A DNA stretch of 64,000 nt from Parcubacteria group bacterium (GCA_041661275.1 JBAZUU010000001.1:101057-165056); one strand, 5' to 3'; shown: positions 8,493-19,581, numbered from the stretch's first letter. A program made the numbers and translations. Notes: generated by a model not told the origin, from the sequence alone.

Positions 8493-9635
8493 CTAAAAAT
8501 CCTTAAACCCCACCCCCCTTAAATCCTTTTTCACCCTATTCACAAATTTCCCAAACTGCCTGGCTTTGTTTCTTTTTTCCAGCTTGCTCGATTCGTTGTG
8601 CCGGGCTTCTTTTTGGAGAGTGATATAGTTTTGAAACTTTCCCGCGTCCAGCGTGCCGGACTTTGCGGCAGCGAGTACCGCGCAGCCGGGTTCGTGAGTG
8701 TGTGTGCAGTCATCAAACTTGCAATCATTGGAAAGAGTCGCTATTTCATCAAAGATACTATCAACGCTGGAAAGCGTATCGCCAAGACCTACTTCACGGA
8801 CACCGGGATTGTCGATGACAATGCCGCCGGAATCCCCGCCTGCGCCTAGGCTTCGGCGGGCAGGCAGAAAATACATCTCGCGTCTTGTGGTCACATGTTT
8901 TCCTCTGTCGGAATATTCACTCACGTCTCCGGTCTTGATAGTCCCTTCGCCAAGTAAAATATTGATAAGCGATGACTTCCCGACGCCAGACGACCCCAAA
9001 AAACAATATGTCTTTCCTTTGATAATATTATCTTTTAGCGCTGCTAGTCCTTCGCCGGTTTTGGTGCTAGTGGCGAACACGCTCACATCGCCCAGTCTTG
9101 TTTTTATCTCCAAAAGTTTTGAATTCAATTCTTCTTTGGAAATTAGATCAATTTTATTAAGGATGACAGCCGGCTCGATGCCACCGTCTCTTGCTATGGC
9201 AAAATATCTCTCAAATCGGTTGAGATTGTAATCCCGGCCGACCGACTGGACGACATAGGCCGTGTCGATGTTGGCCGCTATCATCTGAATTTCATTTTTT
9301 TCGCCAGACCTGTCACGGTCACCAAACTTTCTTTTCATCACAGTACGCCTGGGCAAAATGGCGCGGATGACCGCTTGTCCCTCACCGCTCTCTTCGATCG
9401 CCACCCAATCACCGACAGCTGGATAGTCCTCTTTCGATCTGGCGTTATGTCGAATTTTTCCGGTAATTTTGGCCAGATACGTTCCATCAGTATTTTTGAC
9501 ACTGTATGCACCTTTCGTTTCCGTTGTCACCCGAGCCACAGCAAAACCATCAAGGCCAAGTTTTGCCCGATTGGATTCGAAGAACGGGCCATACCCCAGA
9601 TCTTCCATCGTCAATTTTTTGCTTTTCTTTTCCAT
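8493..9635 (-). CDS. rsgA: Ribosome small subunit-dependent GTPase A
   Basis: PAVGDWV, NKID, GSSGVGKS, GKHVTT, DNPG, Zn finger CKFDDCTHTHEPGC. Confidence 0.95.
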   Translation of the reverse strand: MEKKSKKLTMEDLGYGPFFESNRAKLGLDGFAVARVTTETKGAYSVKNTDGTYLAKITGKIRHNARSKEDYPAVGDWVAIEESGEGQAVIRAILPRRTVMKRKFGDRDRSGEKNEIQMIAANIDTAYVVQSVGRDYNLNRFERYFAIARDGGIEPAVILNKIDLISKEELNSKLLEIKTRLGDVSVFATSTKTGEGLAALKDNIIKGKTYCFLGSSGVGKSSLINILLGEGTIKTGDVSEYSDRGKHVTTRREMYFLPARRSLGAGGDSGGIVIDNPGVREVGLGDTLSSVDSIFDEIATLSNDCKFDDCTHTHEPGCAVLAAAKSGTLDAGKFQNYITLQKEARHNESSKLEKRNKARQFGKFVNRVKKDLRGVGFKDF

Positions 9636-9743
9636 TGGTTCCTTATTTACTCTATCACCACCGAAGCAAAAGACAAAATTATGATAAAAAAACAGCCGGC
9701 CTGCGATAATAATGCGGGTCGGCGGCCATGGTCGATAGTCAAT

Positions 9744-11105
9744 CTATAATTTTGCCCTCGTCAGCAGGCCGACAAATCCTGTTGGCTCAATGCCGTTATC
9801 AGATTGAAATTTTTTCACGGCTTCAGTGGTAATTTCCCCATAAATCCCGGTGATGTATTGGGAATCAAGCAGGCCTAATTGATGGAGTCTTGTTTGAATA
9901 TTTTTTGTGCCTTCCGGAACTGCCGGGTCATAATAATCGCCGCTTTCTCCGCTTTCAAAGGAAACTTCATCCAGATCTATCTCTTTGTTGGCTTTTTCAG
10001 TATCCGCATCAGGATTGGTTATATATATTTTTCTTTTGTGGTCAGATTTATTTTCTATAAGCTTAGTGAAGCAAAACTTAGCCACCAGCTCTTTTCTAGA
10101 TTTTTTGTCCACTGAAGAAGCTTTATGATTTCCAATTTTCACCTCGGCATCTTCGTCAAAATGCTCGCCTTTGATGACCAGTTTCAGCCGTGACGTACAG
10201 CTTTTATTAGTGTCTTCATACCGATAAGCTTTCCAGGAATCAATATGAGCTCTTTCAGAATCATCGTTTTCGTCGTCATTTTCTCCTTCCTCGGTTTCAG
10301 CGATGCTGGTATATTGGGTTATGGCGAAATAAGAAGCATGAGAAGCATTAAAAGAGCATTGTCCACCAGAGACTTCGCAGTCAACTCCCATAGGCTCCCA
10401 ACCATCATCGCCGCCATCACTTCTTGAAAATATATTCAGGCTTTGCCCGTTATAAGCACTGCCAACAATGAAAGTGATGGTAACAGGATTAGAAAAAGAC
10501 AAAGTGGTATTCGGCACTCCAAAACGGAGTTTATTTATAATTCTGGAATTATTAGGATCGACGGCTTCGGCATACCATTCGCCAGCATTAAATGTTCCGC
10601 CCCCTTCTTTTGTAATTTTAGTTTCTGATGAAAAAGTAAACCCGAAGCCTTCTGCGGCTGAAGTATAGGTGTATCCTCCGGGAAATTCTATAAATTCAAC
10701 TGCACTACTACTGCCCCCCCACCAATAGACATCGTGAGTAATCCCGGAGTCGATATACAAACCATTAGTCCAGTTGAGCGTGAGAGAATTTACACCCTTG
10801 GTGGCTATTGCCTCATAATCATAATATCCTTGAGCCATCGCGGATGTGTAGGTATATGACCAGTTTCCGGCAGCATCAATCGTTGTTACGTTTTTTACGT
10901 CTCCGCCCTCTACCTGCACCGTTATGGTAGTAGTGCCCACATCAGCCGCATCGATGCTTCCCCTAATAGTCGGTGTCGTGTCCGGAGTCGACAGGGCATA
11001 GGCTTTGAAATTATTCACATCCGCCTCGGCTTTTTCAGGAGACACAAAAAAACAGCTGAAAAAAACGATTAGCGCCAAAAGTAGAAAATATTTTTTGTTT
11101 TTCAT
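9744..11105 (-). CDS. Secreted surface protein with Ig-like domains and a C-terminal peptidoglycan-binding domain
   Basis: Signal peptide (MKNKKYF...AEA), DTTPTIRG Ig-like segment, TGIYGEITTEAVKKFQ...TGFVG PG_binding_1 pattern. Confidence 0.8.
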   Translation of the reverse strand: MKNKKYFLLLALIVFFSCFFVSPEKAEADVNNFKAYALSTPDTTPTIRGSIDAADVGTTTITVQVEGGDVKNVTTIDAAGNWSYTYTSAMAQGYYDYEAIATKGVNSLTLNWTNGLYIDSGITHDVYWWGGSSSAVEFIEFPGGYTYTSAAEGFGFTFSSETKITKEGGGTFNAGEWYAEAVDPNNSRIINKLRFGVPNTTLSFSNPVTITFIVGSAYNGQSLNIFSRSDGGDDGWEPMGVDCEVSGGQCSFNASHASYFAITQYTSIAETEEGENDDENDDSERAHIDSWKAYRYEDTNKSCTSRLKLVIKGEHFDEDAEVKIGNHKASSVDKKSRKELVAKFCFTKLIENKSDHKRKIYITNPDADTEKANKEIDLDEVSFESGESGDYYDPAVPEGTKNIQTRLHQLGLLDSQYITGIYGEITTEAVKKFQSDNGIEPTGFVGLLTRAKL

Positions 11106-11243
11106 TTTTTTGCTTCCCCTATAAAAACATAACCCGTGCTTGATATTACTATACCACAAAAGGAGGCCTCTGGTGAAATGGCTCCTGAAATTAAAACAGG
11201 TCCGGCCAGTATTATATTATACTCTAATTATTAACGGAAAATT

Positions 11244-11510
11244 ATGATGTGGGGTTATGGACCTATGATGGGAGGGTACGGCTTTGGTCTTTTTGGCGGA
11301 TTACTGCAAATTATCTTTTTTGTTTTTATCATTTGGGCAATCGTCTCCCTGTTTCGCTATGGACGATACATGGGCGGATGCGGCCCGATGAGAGGCTATG
11401 ACCACAAGCATGGCGGCAGTGAAAACGCTTTGGAAATCTTGAAAAACCGCTATGCCAAAGGTGAGATAAATAAAGATGAATTTGAGAAAATGAAAAAGGA
11501 CTTGGAGTAG
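11244..11510 (+). CDS. SHOCT-domain membrane protein
   Basis: MMWGYGPMMGG, TM helix, ALEILKNRYAKGEINKDEFEKMK. Confidence 0.88.
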   Translation: MMWGYGPMMGGYGFGLFGGLLQIIFFVFIIWAIVSLFRYGRYMGGCGPMRGYDHKHGGSENALEILKNRYAKGEINKDEFEKMKKDLE

Positions 11511-11676
11511 ACAAAAAAATAAGTTGGGGATAAAAAATAGTCGGGCGCTATAATAAAATGGCTAAACCTAGCCATTTTTTTATTTATATCTAAATTACCT
11601 AAAAAAATATTTGTCAAATAAGCGTCTTTATGCTAGTCTGGTGAATCATAAATGTAATTAAAATTTTATCAAACAT

Positions 11677-12219
11677 ATGGTAAAAAATAAGAACTTCTAT
11701 CTAATAATCACAGCCCTTGTCGTGGGACTGACTTTTGTCGCGTTCTCCGGTGTCCAGAAAGCTAACGCCCAATGGGGTGAATTTGATAATAGTGGAGATG
11801 ATTATGGCCAGAGTTGGAGCGAAGATGGAACCGGCTGGTATGATAATAATTCCGATTTAAACTGGATGGATACTGATCAAGATTGGAATAATTCCGGATT
11901 TGATTGGGGTCAGGATAATTCTGACTCCGGTTGGTATGATACAGGATATGATAATTATGCTGCTAACAACGAATATCAGGACTCTCATCGATGCTACGGT
12001 TGCGGAGATGATATTTATAATTACAAAGAAAAAAGAAATAATTGCAAACACAAGAAAAGGCCTATCCCAGAACCAAAGCCTTTTCCAAGACCAGAACCTT
12101 TCCCAATGCCTATTTTTACTCCTGACGGCAAAAGTGAAAATAGCAATATCAATAACATCTCAATAGACAATGCTAATAATAACTTTCAAAATCAGAACAT
12201 AGGATGGGAAAATGACTGA
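11677..12219 (+). CDS. Secreted low-complexity protein (D/W/G repeats, PEP linker, N/Q-rich tail)
   Basis: Signal peptide ending ANA; first gene of the sortase operon. Confidence 0.75.
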   Translation: MVKNKNFYLIITALVVGLTFVAFSGVQKANAQWGEFDNSGDDYGQSWSEDGTGWYDNNSDLNWMDTDQDWNNSGFDWGQDNSDSGWYDTGYDNYAANNEYQDSHRCYGCGDDIYNYKEKRNNCKHKKRPIPEPKPFPRPEPFPMPIFTPDGKSENSNINNISIDNANNNFQNQNIGWEND

Positions 12220-12251
12220 TACTATTTAGAATAGTTTTATTACGTAAACAT

Positions 12252-12725
12252 ATGACTAATATCATGAAAAACTATATAAAAATAACTATCCTCTCTATTA
12301 TTCTGATGGGTGGTATACTTCTTGTTTTTTCAACGGCGAATGCCTGTGAGCAGGGTGGCAATGTTGGATGCAACCCTCCTATTCCCGAGCCACGGCCAGA
12401 ACCTAGACCAAAACCCCAACATCAACCAATCCGCATTGAAAGATTTATTGCACAAGCTGATAAATCCACCAACACTAATAATGTTGTTGTTTCTAACACC
12501 AACACTAATACCCAATCTCAAAGTATCGAGGTCAAGGTAAAGGTAAAGAAAGAAAAAAATAACAAAAAATCAAAAAATGAAAAGAAAAAATCTTCTAAAA
12601 AGACTACAGCCACAACTAAAAAACTGCCGCGAACCGGAAGCTCTACTGCAGGGTTTGCAGGTCTCGGGCTTGTTTCTTGCGTTTCTGCGTTAGGAATAAA
12701 AAGATACTTTTGGAAACTGGCATAA
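12252..12725 (+). CDS. LPxTG cell-wall-anchored protein
   Basis: Signal peptide ending ANA; C-terminal LPRTG, hydrophobic helix and KR tail. Confidence 0.8.
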   Translation: MTNIMKNYIKITILSIILMGGILLVFSTANACEQGGNVGCNPPIPEPRPEPRPKPQHQPIRIERFIAQADKSTNTNNVVVSNTNTNTQSQSIEVKVKVKKEKNNKKSKNEKKKSSKKTTATTKKLPRTGSSTAGFAGLGLVSCVSALGIKRYFWKLA

Positions 12726-12775
12726 ATTACATAAATTAATTTGTCGGCCAGCTCCTATCGGCTATTCCTAATCAT

Positions 12776-13657
12776 ATGTTTTTAATCTTTCTAGCCAATC
12801 TTTTTAAGCAATACAAAGAACACTGGAAAAAGGCCACTTTGACTCTCGGCCTTTTTTTAGGAATCTTTTTCCTGTTGTTTAATGTTGTCAATTTTGACTT
12901 TAGTTCAGTTGCTAATAGCGATTCTAACGATAAAACAGAAAAGAAAAGCGCCGAGGAAGAAAATAAATGGCAATTCAAAAAGAAGCCTCTGTCTGTGGCT
13001 AACGCCGCTCCCCTTAGCGCCAACGAATGGACCAGGGAATATGGATTAGATGATAGTAACAATAAACCCGGCGATGATCCGGATGGCGACGGGCTGCCCA
13101 ACAAACTAGAGTATGCTCATATGACTGATCCTCTGAAGGCTGACACTGACGGAGATGGCTATTCCGATAAACAGGAAATAATCAATGGTTATGACCCTGA
13201 CGCGCCGGGAGACGCCAGACCCAATGCGGAAATAATCATCACCAAGATCGGTGTTTCTGCTCCGGTTATCTGGTCTAAAAACGATGATGAAACAAGCCTA
13301 CAGGAAGATCTAAAAAAGGGTGTCGTCCATTTTCCCAAGTCCGCCTCTCCCGGACAGGATGGCAATATGGTTATTTCAGGTCATTCCAGCAACTATGTCT
13401 GGGTAAAGGGAAGCTATAACTACATCTTTAAAAACCTCAATAATCTTGAAAAGAATGATGAGATTAAAATAAAGGTAACTCAACAGAACAAAAGAATAAT
13501 TAATTATACTTATAAGATAATTGATAAAAGAACAACCACCGCTGACGATCCATTCATCTTTGAACAAACAGCTAACCCGTCTCTTACTCTCTCCACTTGT
13601 TGGCCAATAGGCACCGCTCTCAAAAGACTTGTAGTGAGAGCAGAGCTGGTGAAATAA
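12776..13657 (+). CDS. Sortase with DxDGDG calcium-binding repeats
   Basis: Catalytic H (ISGHS), C (LTLSTCWP), R (KRLVV); DPDGDGL and DTDGDGYSD repeats; N-terminal TM. Confidence 0.92.
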   Translation: MFLIFLANLFKQYKEHWKKATLTLGLFLGIFFLLFNVVNFDFSSVANSDSNDKTEKKSAEEENKWQFKKKPLSVANAAPLSANEWTREYGLDDSNNKPGDDPDGDGLPNKLEYAHMTDPLKADTDGDGYSDKQEIINGYDPDAPGDARPNAEIIITKIGVSAPVIWSKNDDETSLQEDLKKGVVHFPKSASPGQDGNMVISGHSSNYVWVKGSYNYIFKNLNNLEKNDEIKIKVTQQNKRIINYTYKIIDKRTTTADDPFIFEQTANPSLTLSTCWPIGTALKRLVVRAELVK

Positions 13658-13663
13658 GATCAT

Positions 13664-13698
13664 AAAAAAACTGTCCCGTTAAGCGGGGCGGTTTTTTA
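13664..13698 (+). terminator. Intrinsic terminator after the sortase operon
   Basis: AAAAAAACTGTCCCG-ttaag-CGGGGCGGTTTTTTT. Confidence 0.7.
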
Positions 13699-13741
13699 TA
13701 TCACTTTCTTTTAATTACTTTTTAAATTAAAATAAAGATGT

Positions 13742-14245
13742 ATGAAAAAATATATTTATATCATCTTAGTCATAATCATTGTCCTTGCGGCAGTATTTTT
13801 TATTTCCCGGTCAAAGCCGTCAAAAGAAACTGCTACGCCGCCAGCAACACCGGTAGCGGAAAATAAGGCAGAAAAAATTGTCGAAGACCAGTCCGCTGCC
13901 ACCGCTAAAAACTACCAGGAATCGAGTGAAAAATATAAATATCAAATTGCTGTTGTTTATCCCTTTTTTGACAGTCTAGCTGACAAAAAAATCTTGGATA
14001 GCATTAATAGCCAAATAGATAAAAGCGTGCAACTGGAAGTTGATAAATATATTGCTGAAGCCAGAAAAAACAAGATTGCCCCATCTTTTGGTTATCTTAC
14101 CGGAAACTACACATATTCAGTCTCGGACGGAAAAGTATTGTCAGTAAAATTGGAAATGGAAAAACTTCTTTCCGGCGGCGCTGATCCTTCTAACTACTCC
14201 GTCACTCTGAACTATGATTTGGAAAATGGAAGACAAATATTATAG
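13742..14245 (+). CDS. Membrane-anchored DUF4163/PdaC-like protein
   Basis: N-terminal TM; YP...IN..I, VLSV, TLNYDLENG. Confidence 0.65.
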   Translation: MKKYIYIILVIIIVLAAVFFISRSKPSKETATPPATPVAENKAEKIVEDQSAATAKNYQESSEKYKYQIAVVYPFFDSLADKKILDSINSQIDKSVQLEVDKYIAEARKNKIAPSFGYLTGNYTYSVSDGKVLSVKLEMEKLLSGGADPSNYSVTLNYDLENGRQIL

Positions 14246-14246
14246 T

Positions 14247-15377
14247 ATGTTCAAATCAAATTATCTAAAACTGCTGACTTTTTTTCTGGTTTTCAACTGG
14301 TTTATTTCTTTTAGCTGAGCCGCTCTTCTCCCTCATTTTATCCAGGAAGGGATGACTATGCAGCAAATAATTTTTGGTGCTATGCTCACTTTTTGGGGAG
14401 TGCTTTTAATGATTCTGTTGGTCAAATTTTTCGGTCAGAAGCTTGATTCTAAAACCTCCTGGTATATAGCAATAATCTTATCCTATGTTTATATTCTTCT
14501 TTTGATCAAAATTGTCAGCCCTTATCAGTTATATTTGGCTTTCTTCATTAATGGCCTAATCACTTTTTTCTTTTACGCTTTCTATAATTCTGCTTACTTC
14601 GAGGCTACGTCTCAAAAAAATATCGGGAAAAGTTCCGCTCTTATGTTTAGCATCGGTCCTCTGATTTCTCTTGTCGCACCGCTCTTTGCTGGATCGCTTG
14701 CTCAAATAAATTATCTTTATATCTGGATTTTATCCTTTTTCTTTTTTCTTATTCCTTTGTATTTTGTAAGATCACAGGAAAGTTTTACTATTAAATATTC
14801 GGTGAGGGAGATTATAGAAGAGATAAGATCTACCCGTCTTTTCATTTTTATCGGTGCTTTTTGGGAAGCAATGGCTTTTGGAATGATTCCTATTTATACC
14901 TTATTTTTTATCAAAACCCCCCTTGGTTATGGCGCTTTTTTATCATACTTGGGAATGATTGGAATCTTAGCCAATCTGTCGCTCGGAGTTTTTACTGACA
15001 AAATGCAAAAAAGAGTGTTTTTTCTTTATCCTGTAACCTTGGCTATGTCCGCTGTTACTTTTTTATTTTCCTTAGCAACAGTAAATATTTATTATTGGAT
15101 TATCGCTTCCGGAGTTATCCAATTTTTTTATCCAATTTATAATAATGTTTCTCTGGCTATGGTCGTTGATACAAAACCGGATTTAAAAAAAGCCATAGTC
15201 GGAAGAGAACTAGTGCTTTCTTTAGGGAGAATTGTCGGACTGTCCTTAGCTTTTTTGAGCTTCACTTTCGAACGCCAGCCTTTTTATATTTTTATTGTCC
15301 TTGGAACCGTTATGCTCTTTTTTCCGCTGGCTCTTTTTTGGCGAACAAAAGTGGTTAAAAAATATTCGTATTTGTAA
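14247..15377 (+). pseudogene. MFS transporter with in-frame TGA at 14316-14318 (open ORF from 14352)
   Basis: In-frame upstream segment MFKSNYLKLLTFFLVFNWFISFS*AALLPHF supplies the first TM helix; the rest is multi-TM with GVFTDKMQKR. Confidence 0.65.
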
Positions 15378-15474
15378 TTTTAAGCAGAGTTAGGCACAGG
15401 CTTAAAATGAAAAAGGCAAGACACGCGTGTCCTGCCCCAGAAACAAAAAGGGAGCGACTTCTCTCGGGAAAAAG

Positions 15475-15810
15475 TCATAATCCCATTTTGGTTTTTATCC
15501 CCTGTAAAATTTCTTGCGCTTTAGGGGAAGGCGGATCAAAAGAGATACCAAGCAAATTCAGGGCCTCCTCCATTTCTTTAGCTACCATAAACTGAAGGTT
15601 ATTTCTTTCCCATCGCTTGATGCTGTACTGGGCATCAACATAGATGGTTAGAATCTTTGCTCCTTTCTCATCATTCTCTGCTTCCCTGATTTTTTTCGCT
15701 AACACCAGAAGCGTTTCGGGAGAATAGAACGCTTGTTCAAGCCCTTGCCAATAAATGATGAGTGGTCCACCTTTTTTCAATATTTCTTGAAGAACGTCTG
15801 GCATTTCCAT
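15475..15810 (-). CDS. Hypothetical protein
   Basis: 111-aa ORF with AGGAGGT RBS and a downstream hairpin. Confidence 0.65.
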   Translation of the reverse strand: MEMPDVLQEILKKGGPLIIYWQGLEQAFYSPETLLVLAKKIREAENDEKGAKILTIYVDAQYSIKRWERNNLQFMVAKEMEEALNLLGISFDPPSPKAQEILQGIKTKMGL

Positions 15811-15899
15811 ATCACTTACCTCCTAGAATTAAGATCAATGGCAGTTTCCTTTTGTCGCCCACTTGAATATATATTAACGTTTATGTACTTAAAAATCAA

Positions 15900-18095
15900 T
15901 TACTTCCTATATATCTGCAAACTATTCATCACTACCGTCACGGAACTAAATGACATCGCCCCGGCGGCGATCATAGGATTGAGAAATCCAAAAGCAGCCA
16001 AGGGGATAGCTAGGATATTATAGAAAAAAGCCCAGAAAAGATTTTGCTTGATGATAGAAAAAGTGGCTCGGGAAAGTTTCCCGGCCGTTACTACTTTTTC
16101 CAGATTATTAGTCAGAAGAATTATCTCTCCTGCTTCTTTGGCCACATCTGATGCACTACCCATAGCCACGCCAAGATCCGCTTGCACAAGTGACGGCGCG
16201 TCATTGATACCATCGCCCACAAAAGCCACCCTTTCGCCCCTGTCTTGCAATTTTTTTATCTCCTGGACTTTTTCGGAAGGGAGAATTTCTGCTCGAACAT
16301 AGGAAATTCCTAAACTTTTGGCAACTGAGTGCACGGTCGCCATATTATCACCTGAAATAATGCCAACATGAAGCCTCGCTCTTTTCAGTTTTTCAATGAC
16401 CTTTTTGGCCTCGGGTCGGACTTTATCAAAAATTTGGATAGCACCGATCACTTTTTTGTCGTGTCCGACAAAAAGCCAGGAACCGCCCTCCATCTCTGGA
16501 GTTTTTAGTAATTCTTTCGCCCAGGAAGTATCAACTTCCTTTTCTTCTAAGAGCTTCATATTCCCCAAAAAGAGTGGGATATTATGATCTTGAAATATGC
16601 CGCTAAGCCCTCGGCCCCTTGTTTCCTGAAAATTAATAACATTAACTTGTCCGCTCTTTTTTTCTACTGCGTATTTTTCCACTGCCACTGAAAGCGGATG
16701 AGTGGAACTTTGCGCAAGACTTCGAGCAATTGACAACACATTTTCAGCAGCAAAACTAAAATTATCATTGACAATCAATCGACTGACCCTTGGCGTACCC
16801 ATCGTCAGTGTCCCGGTTTTGTCAAAAAGCATCATGGTGATATTTTTGGCTCGTTCAAAAATCTCCGGATTTTTAATGAGTATGCCTTTTCTTGCGGCTT
16901 GCCCTATACCAACCATAATGGCCGTCGGTGTAGCTAGCCCCAAAGCGCAGGGGCACGCTATGATCAAGACCGTAATAGCTCTTGTCAGACTAGTCGCAAA
17001 TATGCCGCCAGAAAAATAATTTAAAATAAAAGTAGAAATAGCTATAAACAACACGACTGGAACGAATATGCCAGAAATCTTGTCCGCCAGTTTTTGCACC
17101 GGAGCTTTGGCCATTTGCGCTTCTTCCATCGTCTTGATGATTTGGGCTAGCGCCGTTCCCTCCCCTGTTACAGTCACTTTTATTTTCAGTTTTCCATTTT
17201 CATTTAGAGTAGCGCCATAGACGGATGAGCCGATATTTTTATCAACCGGTATCGATTCTCCGGTAAGCATTGATTCATTTACACTGGACTCACCTTCTAT
17301 CACTTCCCCATCAAGTGGAATTTTTTCACCGGGCAAAACTCGTACAATGTCGCCGACTTTCACTTCATCTATATTTTTTTCTATCTCCTGATCTCCTTCC
17401 AGCACTCTGGCTTTTTTAGCGCCCAGTTCTAGAAGTTTTTTCATTGCAACGCCAGCCCTTTTTGTGCTTTTGGATTCGAAAAATTTTCCAAGAAGAATGA
17501 GAGTGATGATGACTGCAGCCGTTTCCAAATACTCTTCCATTCCATTGGCTATTGCCCATAAGCTATAAAAATAAGCAGCAGATGTTCCAAGAGATATCAA
17601 AGTGTCCATGTTGGAACTGAATTTTCTGGCCAGTTTTATAGCCATATAATGGAAACGCCAGCCGAAATACCATGCCACAACAGTTGCCAAAAAAATGTGG
17701 ATCCATATGATCAAGTCCAATCCTCCAACCATTATTCCTGATCGAATTTTTATGAACATTTCCAAAACAAGGGGTAAGCTCAAAATGGCTGACCATAAAA
17801 AATCTTTTTTGTCTATGTCCTCATTTTCACTGTGATGCATATGCGAATGATCACCATACGCGGGACCATTTTCATTTTCCGTGTCAGATGCCTGATATCC
17901 TGCTTCCGCCACCGCTTTTTTTATTTTTTCAATACTGACAATTTCCCTGTCATATTCTACCAACGCTTTTTTGGCGGCAAAATTTATCCGAGCATCCGTG
18001 ATCCCTGGTGTGCGTGATAACTTTCGGGTAATTGATGCGGCGCAACTGGCACAAGTCATGCCTGTTATATTTAAGATTATTTTCTTTTTATTCAT
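15900..18095 (-). CDS. copA: Copper-translocating P1B-type ATPase
   Basis: HMA GMTCASC, TGES, CPC, DKTGT, GDGIND, YN and MSFSS. Confidence 0.95.
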   Translation of the reverse strand: MNKKKIILNITGMTCASCAASITRKLSRTPGITDARINFAAKKALVEYDREIVSIEKIKKAVAEAGYQASDTENENGPAYGDHSHMHHSENEDIDKKDFLWSAILSLPLVLEMFIKIRSGIMVGGLDLIIWIHIFLATVVAWYFGWRFHYMAIKLARKFSSNMDTLISLGTSAAYFYSLWAIANGMEEYLETAAVIITLILLGKFFESKSTKRAGVAMKKLLELGAKKARVLEGDQEIEKNIDEVKVGDIVRVLPGEKIPLDGEVIEGESSVNESMLTGESIPVDKNIGSSVYGATLNENGKLKIKVTVTGEGTALAQIIKTMEEAQMAKAPVQKLADKISGIFVPVVLFIAISTFILNYFSGGIFATSLTRAITVLIIACPCALGLATPTAIMVGIGQAARKGILIKNPEIFERAKNITMMLFDKTGTLTMGTPRVSRLIVNDNFSFAAENVLSIARSLAQSSTHPLSVAVEKYAVEKKSGQVNVINFQETRGRGLSGIFQDHNIPLFLGNMKLLEEKEVDTSWAKELLKTPEMEGGSWLFVGHDKKVIGAIQIFDKVRPEAKKVIEKLKRARLHVGIISGDNMATVHSVAKSLGISYVRAEILPSEKVQEIKKLQDRGERVAFVGDGINDAPSLVQADLGVAMGSASDVAKEAGEIILLTNNLEKVVTAGKLSRATFSIIKQNLFWAFFYNILAIPLAAFGFLNPMIAAGAMSFSSVTVVMNSLQIYRK

Positions 18096-18143
18096 ATATT
18101 TTAATTCGCATGTGCGCTTTCGTAGTGCGCCATTCGCATACTA

Positions 18144-19310
18144 TTATTCTACAGTAAACTTGCCCCTGACCATTCCCATCCAGCAACTAAAAGGAATTTC
18201 TCCGGCAGTCGTAGGAGTAAAATTAATTATATTTTTCCCGGAATTGATATTTTTTTCAATGTTAAGCTCGGGAATGATGATCTTGCTGGTGCACCCACTG
18301 ACCGAGTCGCCATGGATTGTCCACTCTACCGGAACATTCTTTTTTATTTTTAGCGCCGCTGGCTGGAATCCCGAACTTGTTACGTGCATTTCCACTGTTT
18401 GAGTAATACCACTGCTCACCGACTTTGTTCCGGCTTCTGATGGATTTATTGTTTTATCGGCAGCTTCTTCTTGTTGGCCAGATGAAAAAATATTGTTTTT
18501 TACCCCCTTTAATGCTAGTCCGGAACCAAAAGTATATACAGCAAAGATCAGTATCATTATCCCGGCCACTTTTTTGAATATTACAATTTTTTTATTTTTC
18601 GTCCAGGAAGTAGTGATACCTAAAATTAAAAGTGCTGGAACCGTCCCCAAAGCAAAGGAGAATAATCCAAGTGATCCGACCCAAAAACTTCCGGAGGTGA
18701 GAGCCAAAATTTGCATACTTTGAGTGAACCCGCAGGGTAGAAAAAAGCTTAAACCACCTAAAACAACAGGCGCCATTTTATGTTCCGAATTTTCTAATTT
18801 CTTCCAGTTGGAAGTAAGACTTTTGGGAAGAGTAATTCCGATTTTAGATATCGGAGGAATAACGCCTAAAATATTGAAGCCGAGCCAAGCCATAACGACG
18901 GCGATTATTATAGTATAGATAGCAATAAAGTTACCACTGATATTGATCTCGCCACCAATGAGCCCCAAAACTCCGCCCAACACAAAAAAGATAATTAATC
19001 TTCCAATATGAAAAAGTAAATTAGGTGCCATTGCCCCCTTCCAAAAAGTTGCTTCTTCGGTTTTGTATTTTTCGGCAAAGGCGATGATAACTGCACCGAC
19101 TACGGCAAGGCACGATGAAACTGATGCCACAAGCCCGACCAAAAAAGAAACACTTAAGTTAAGGGATGGATTGCCGATGTTGAGACTACCTAAAAAACCC
19201 ATTTTTTGAAAGACACTAAAAAGAAAGAAAATTATTATCACTATTAAAAACGCGTAAATCGATTGCTTCCAATTATTTTTCTCCGATCTTTCACAATCAG
19301 CGCAACGCAT
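18144..19310 (-). CDS. DsbD_2/sulfite-exporter-like membrane protein with C-terminal cupredoxin domain
   Basis: SSCLAVVG, LPCGFTQ, FSCWMGMVRG. Confidence 0.88.
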   Translation of the reverse strand: MRCADCERSEKNNWKQSIYAFLIVIIIFFLFSVFQKMGFLGSLNIGNPSLNLSVSFLVGLVASVSSCLAVVGAVIIAFAEKYKTEEATFWKGAMAPNLLFHIGRLIIFFVLGGVLGLIGGEINISGNFIAIYTIIIAVVMAWLGFNILGVIPPISKIGITLPKSLTSNWKKLENSEHKMAPVVLGGLSFFLPCGFTQSMQILALTSGSFWVGSLGLFSFALGTVPALLILGITTSWTKNKKIVIFKKVAGIMILIFAVYTFGSGLALKGVKNNIFSSGQQEEAADKTINPSEAGTKSVSSGITQTVEMHVTSSGFQPAALKIKKNVPVEWTIHGDSVSGCTSKIIIPELNIEKNINSGKNIINFTPTTAGEIPFSCWMGMVRGKFTVE

Positions 19311-19317
19311 AATTTTA

Positions 19318-19581
19318 TTAAATTAGTTTATTAATTTTCAAAATCTCATCAATCATTTCCTGTTTTCTCTTTTCATTAGTTCCTTTCATAGCGTTTATGA
19401 AACAACTATTGAGATGGCGTGCTAATAATTTATCGTTAGCCGATTTCAAAAGCCCAATGACCGCCAGATTTTGCTGGAGAATGTCGATGCAATATTCTTT
19501 TCCCTCGACCATCTTAATAACATTCCCCAAATGGCTCTGCGCCTTTTTGAGAGCAATTGTAATTTGCTTATCCTCTTCCAT
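19318..19581 (-). CDS. CsoR family metal-sensing repressor
   Basis: YCIDILQQ, HLNSC; first gene of the copper operon. Confidence 0.9.
   Translation of the reverse strand: MEEDKQITIALKKAQSHLGNVIKMVEGKEYCIDILQQNLAVIGLLKSANDKLLARHLNSCFINAMKGTNEKRKQEMIDEILKINKLI

Noticed and set aside
2178-11171. Recurrent AGAGGCCTCT-like palindrome (2178, 4879, 7563, 11162)
   Set aside because: Too short to separate from chance or terminator stems without genome-wide counts
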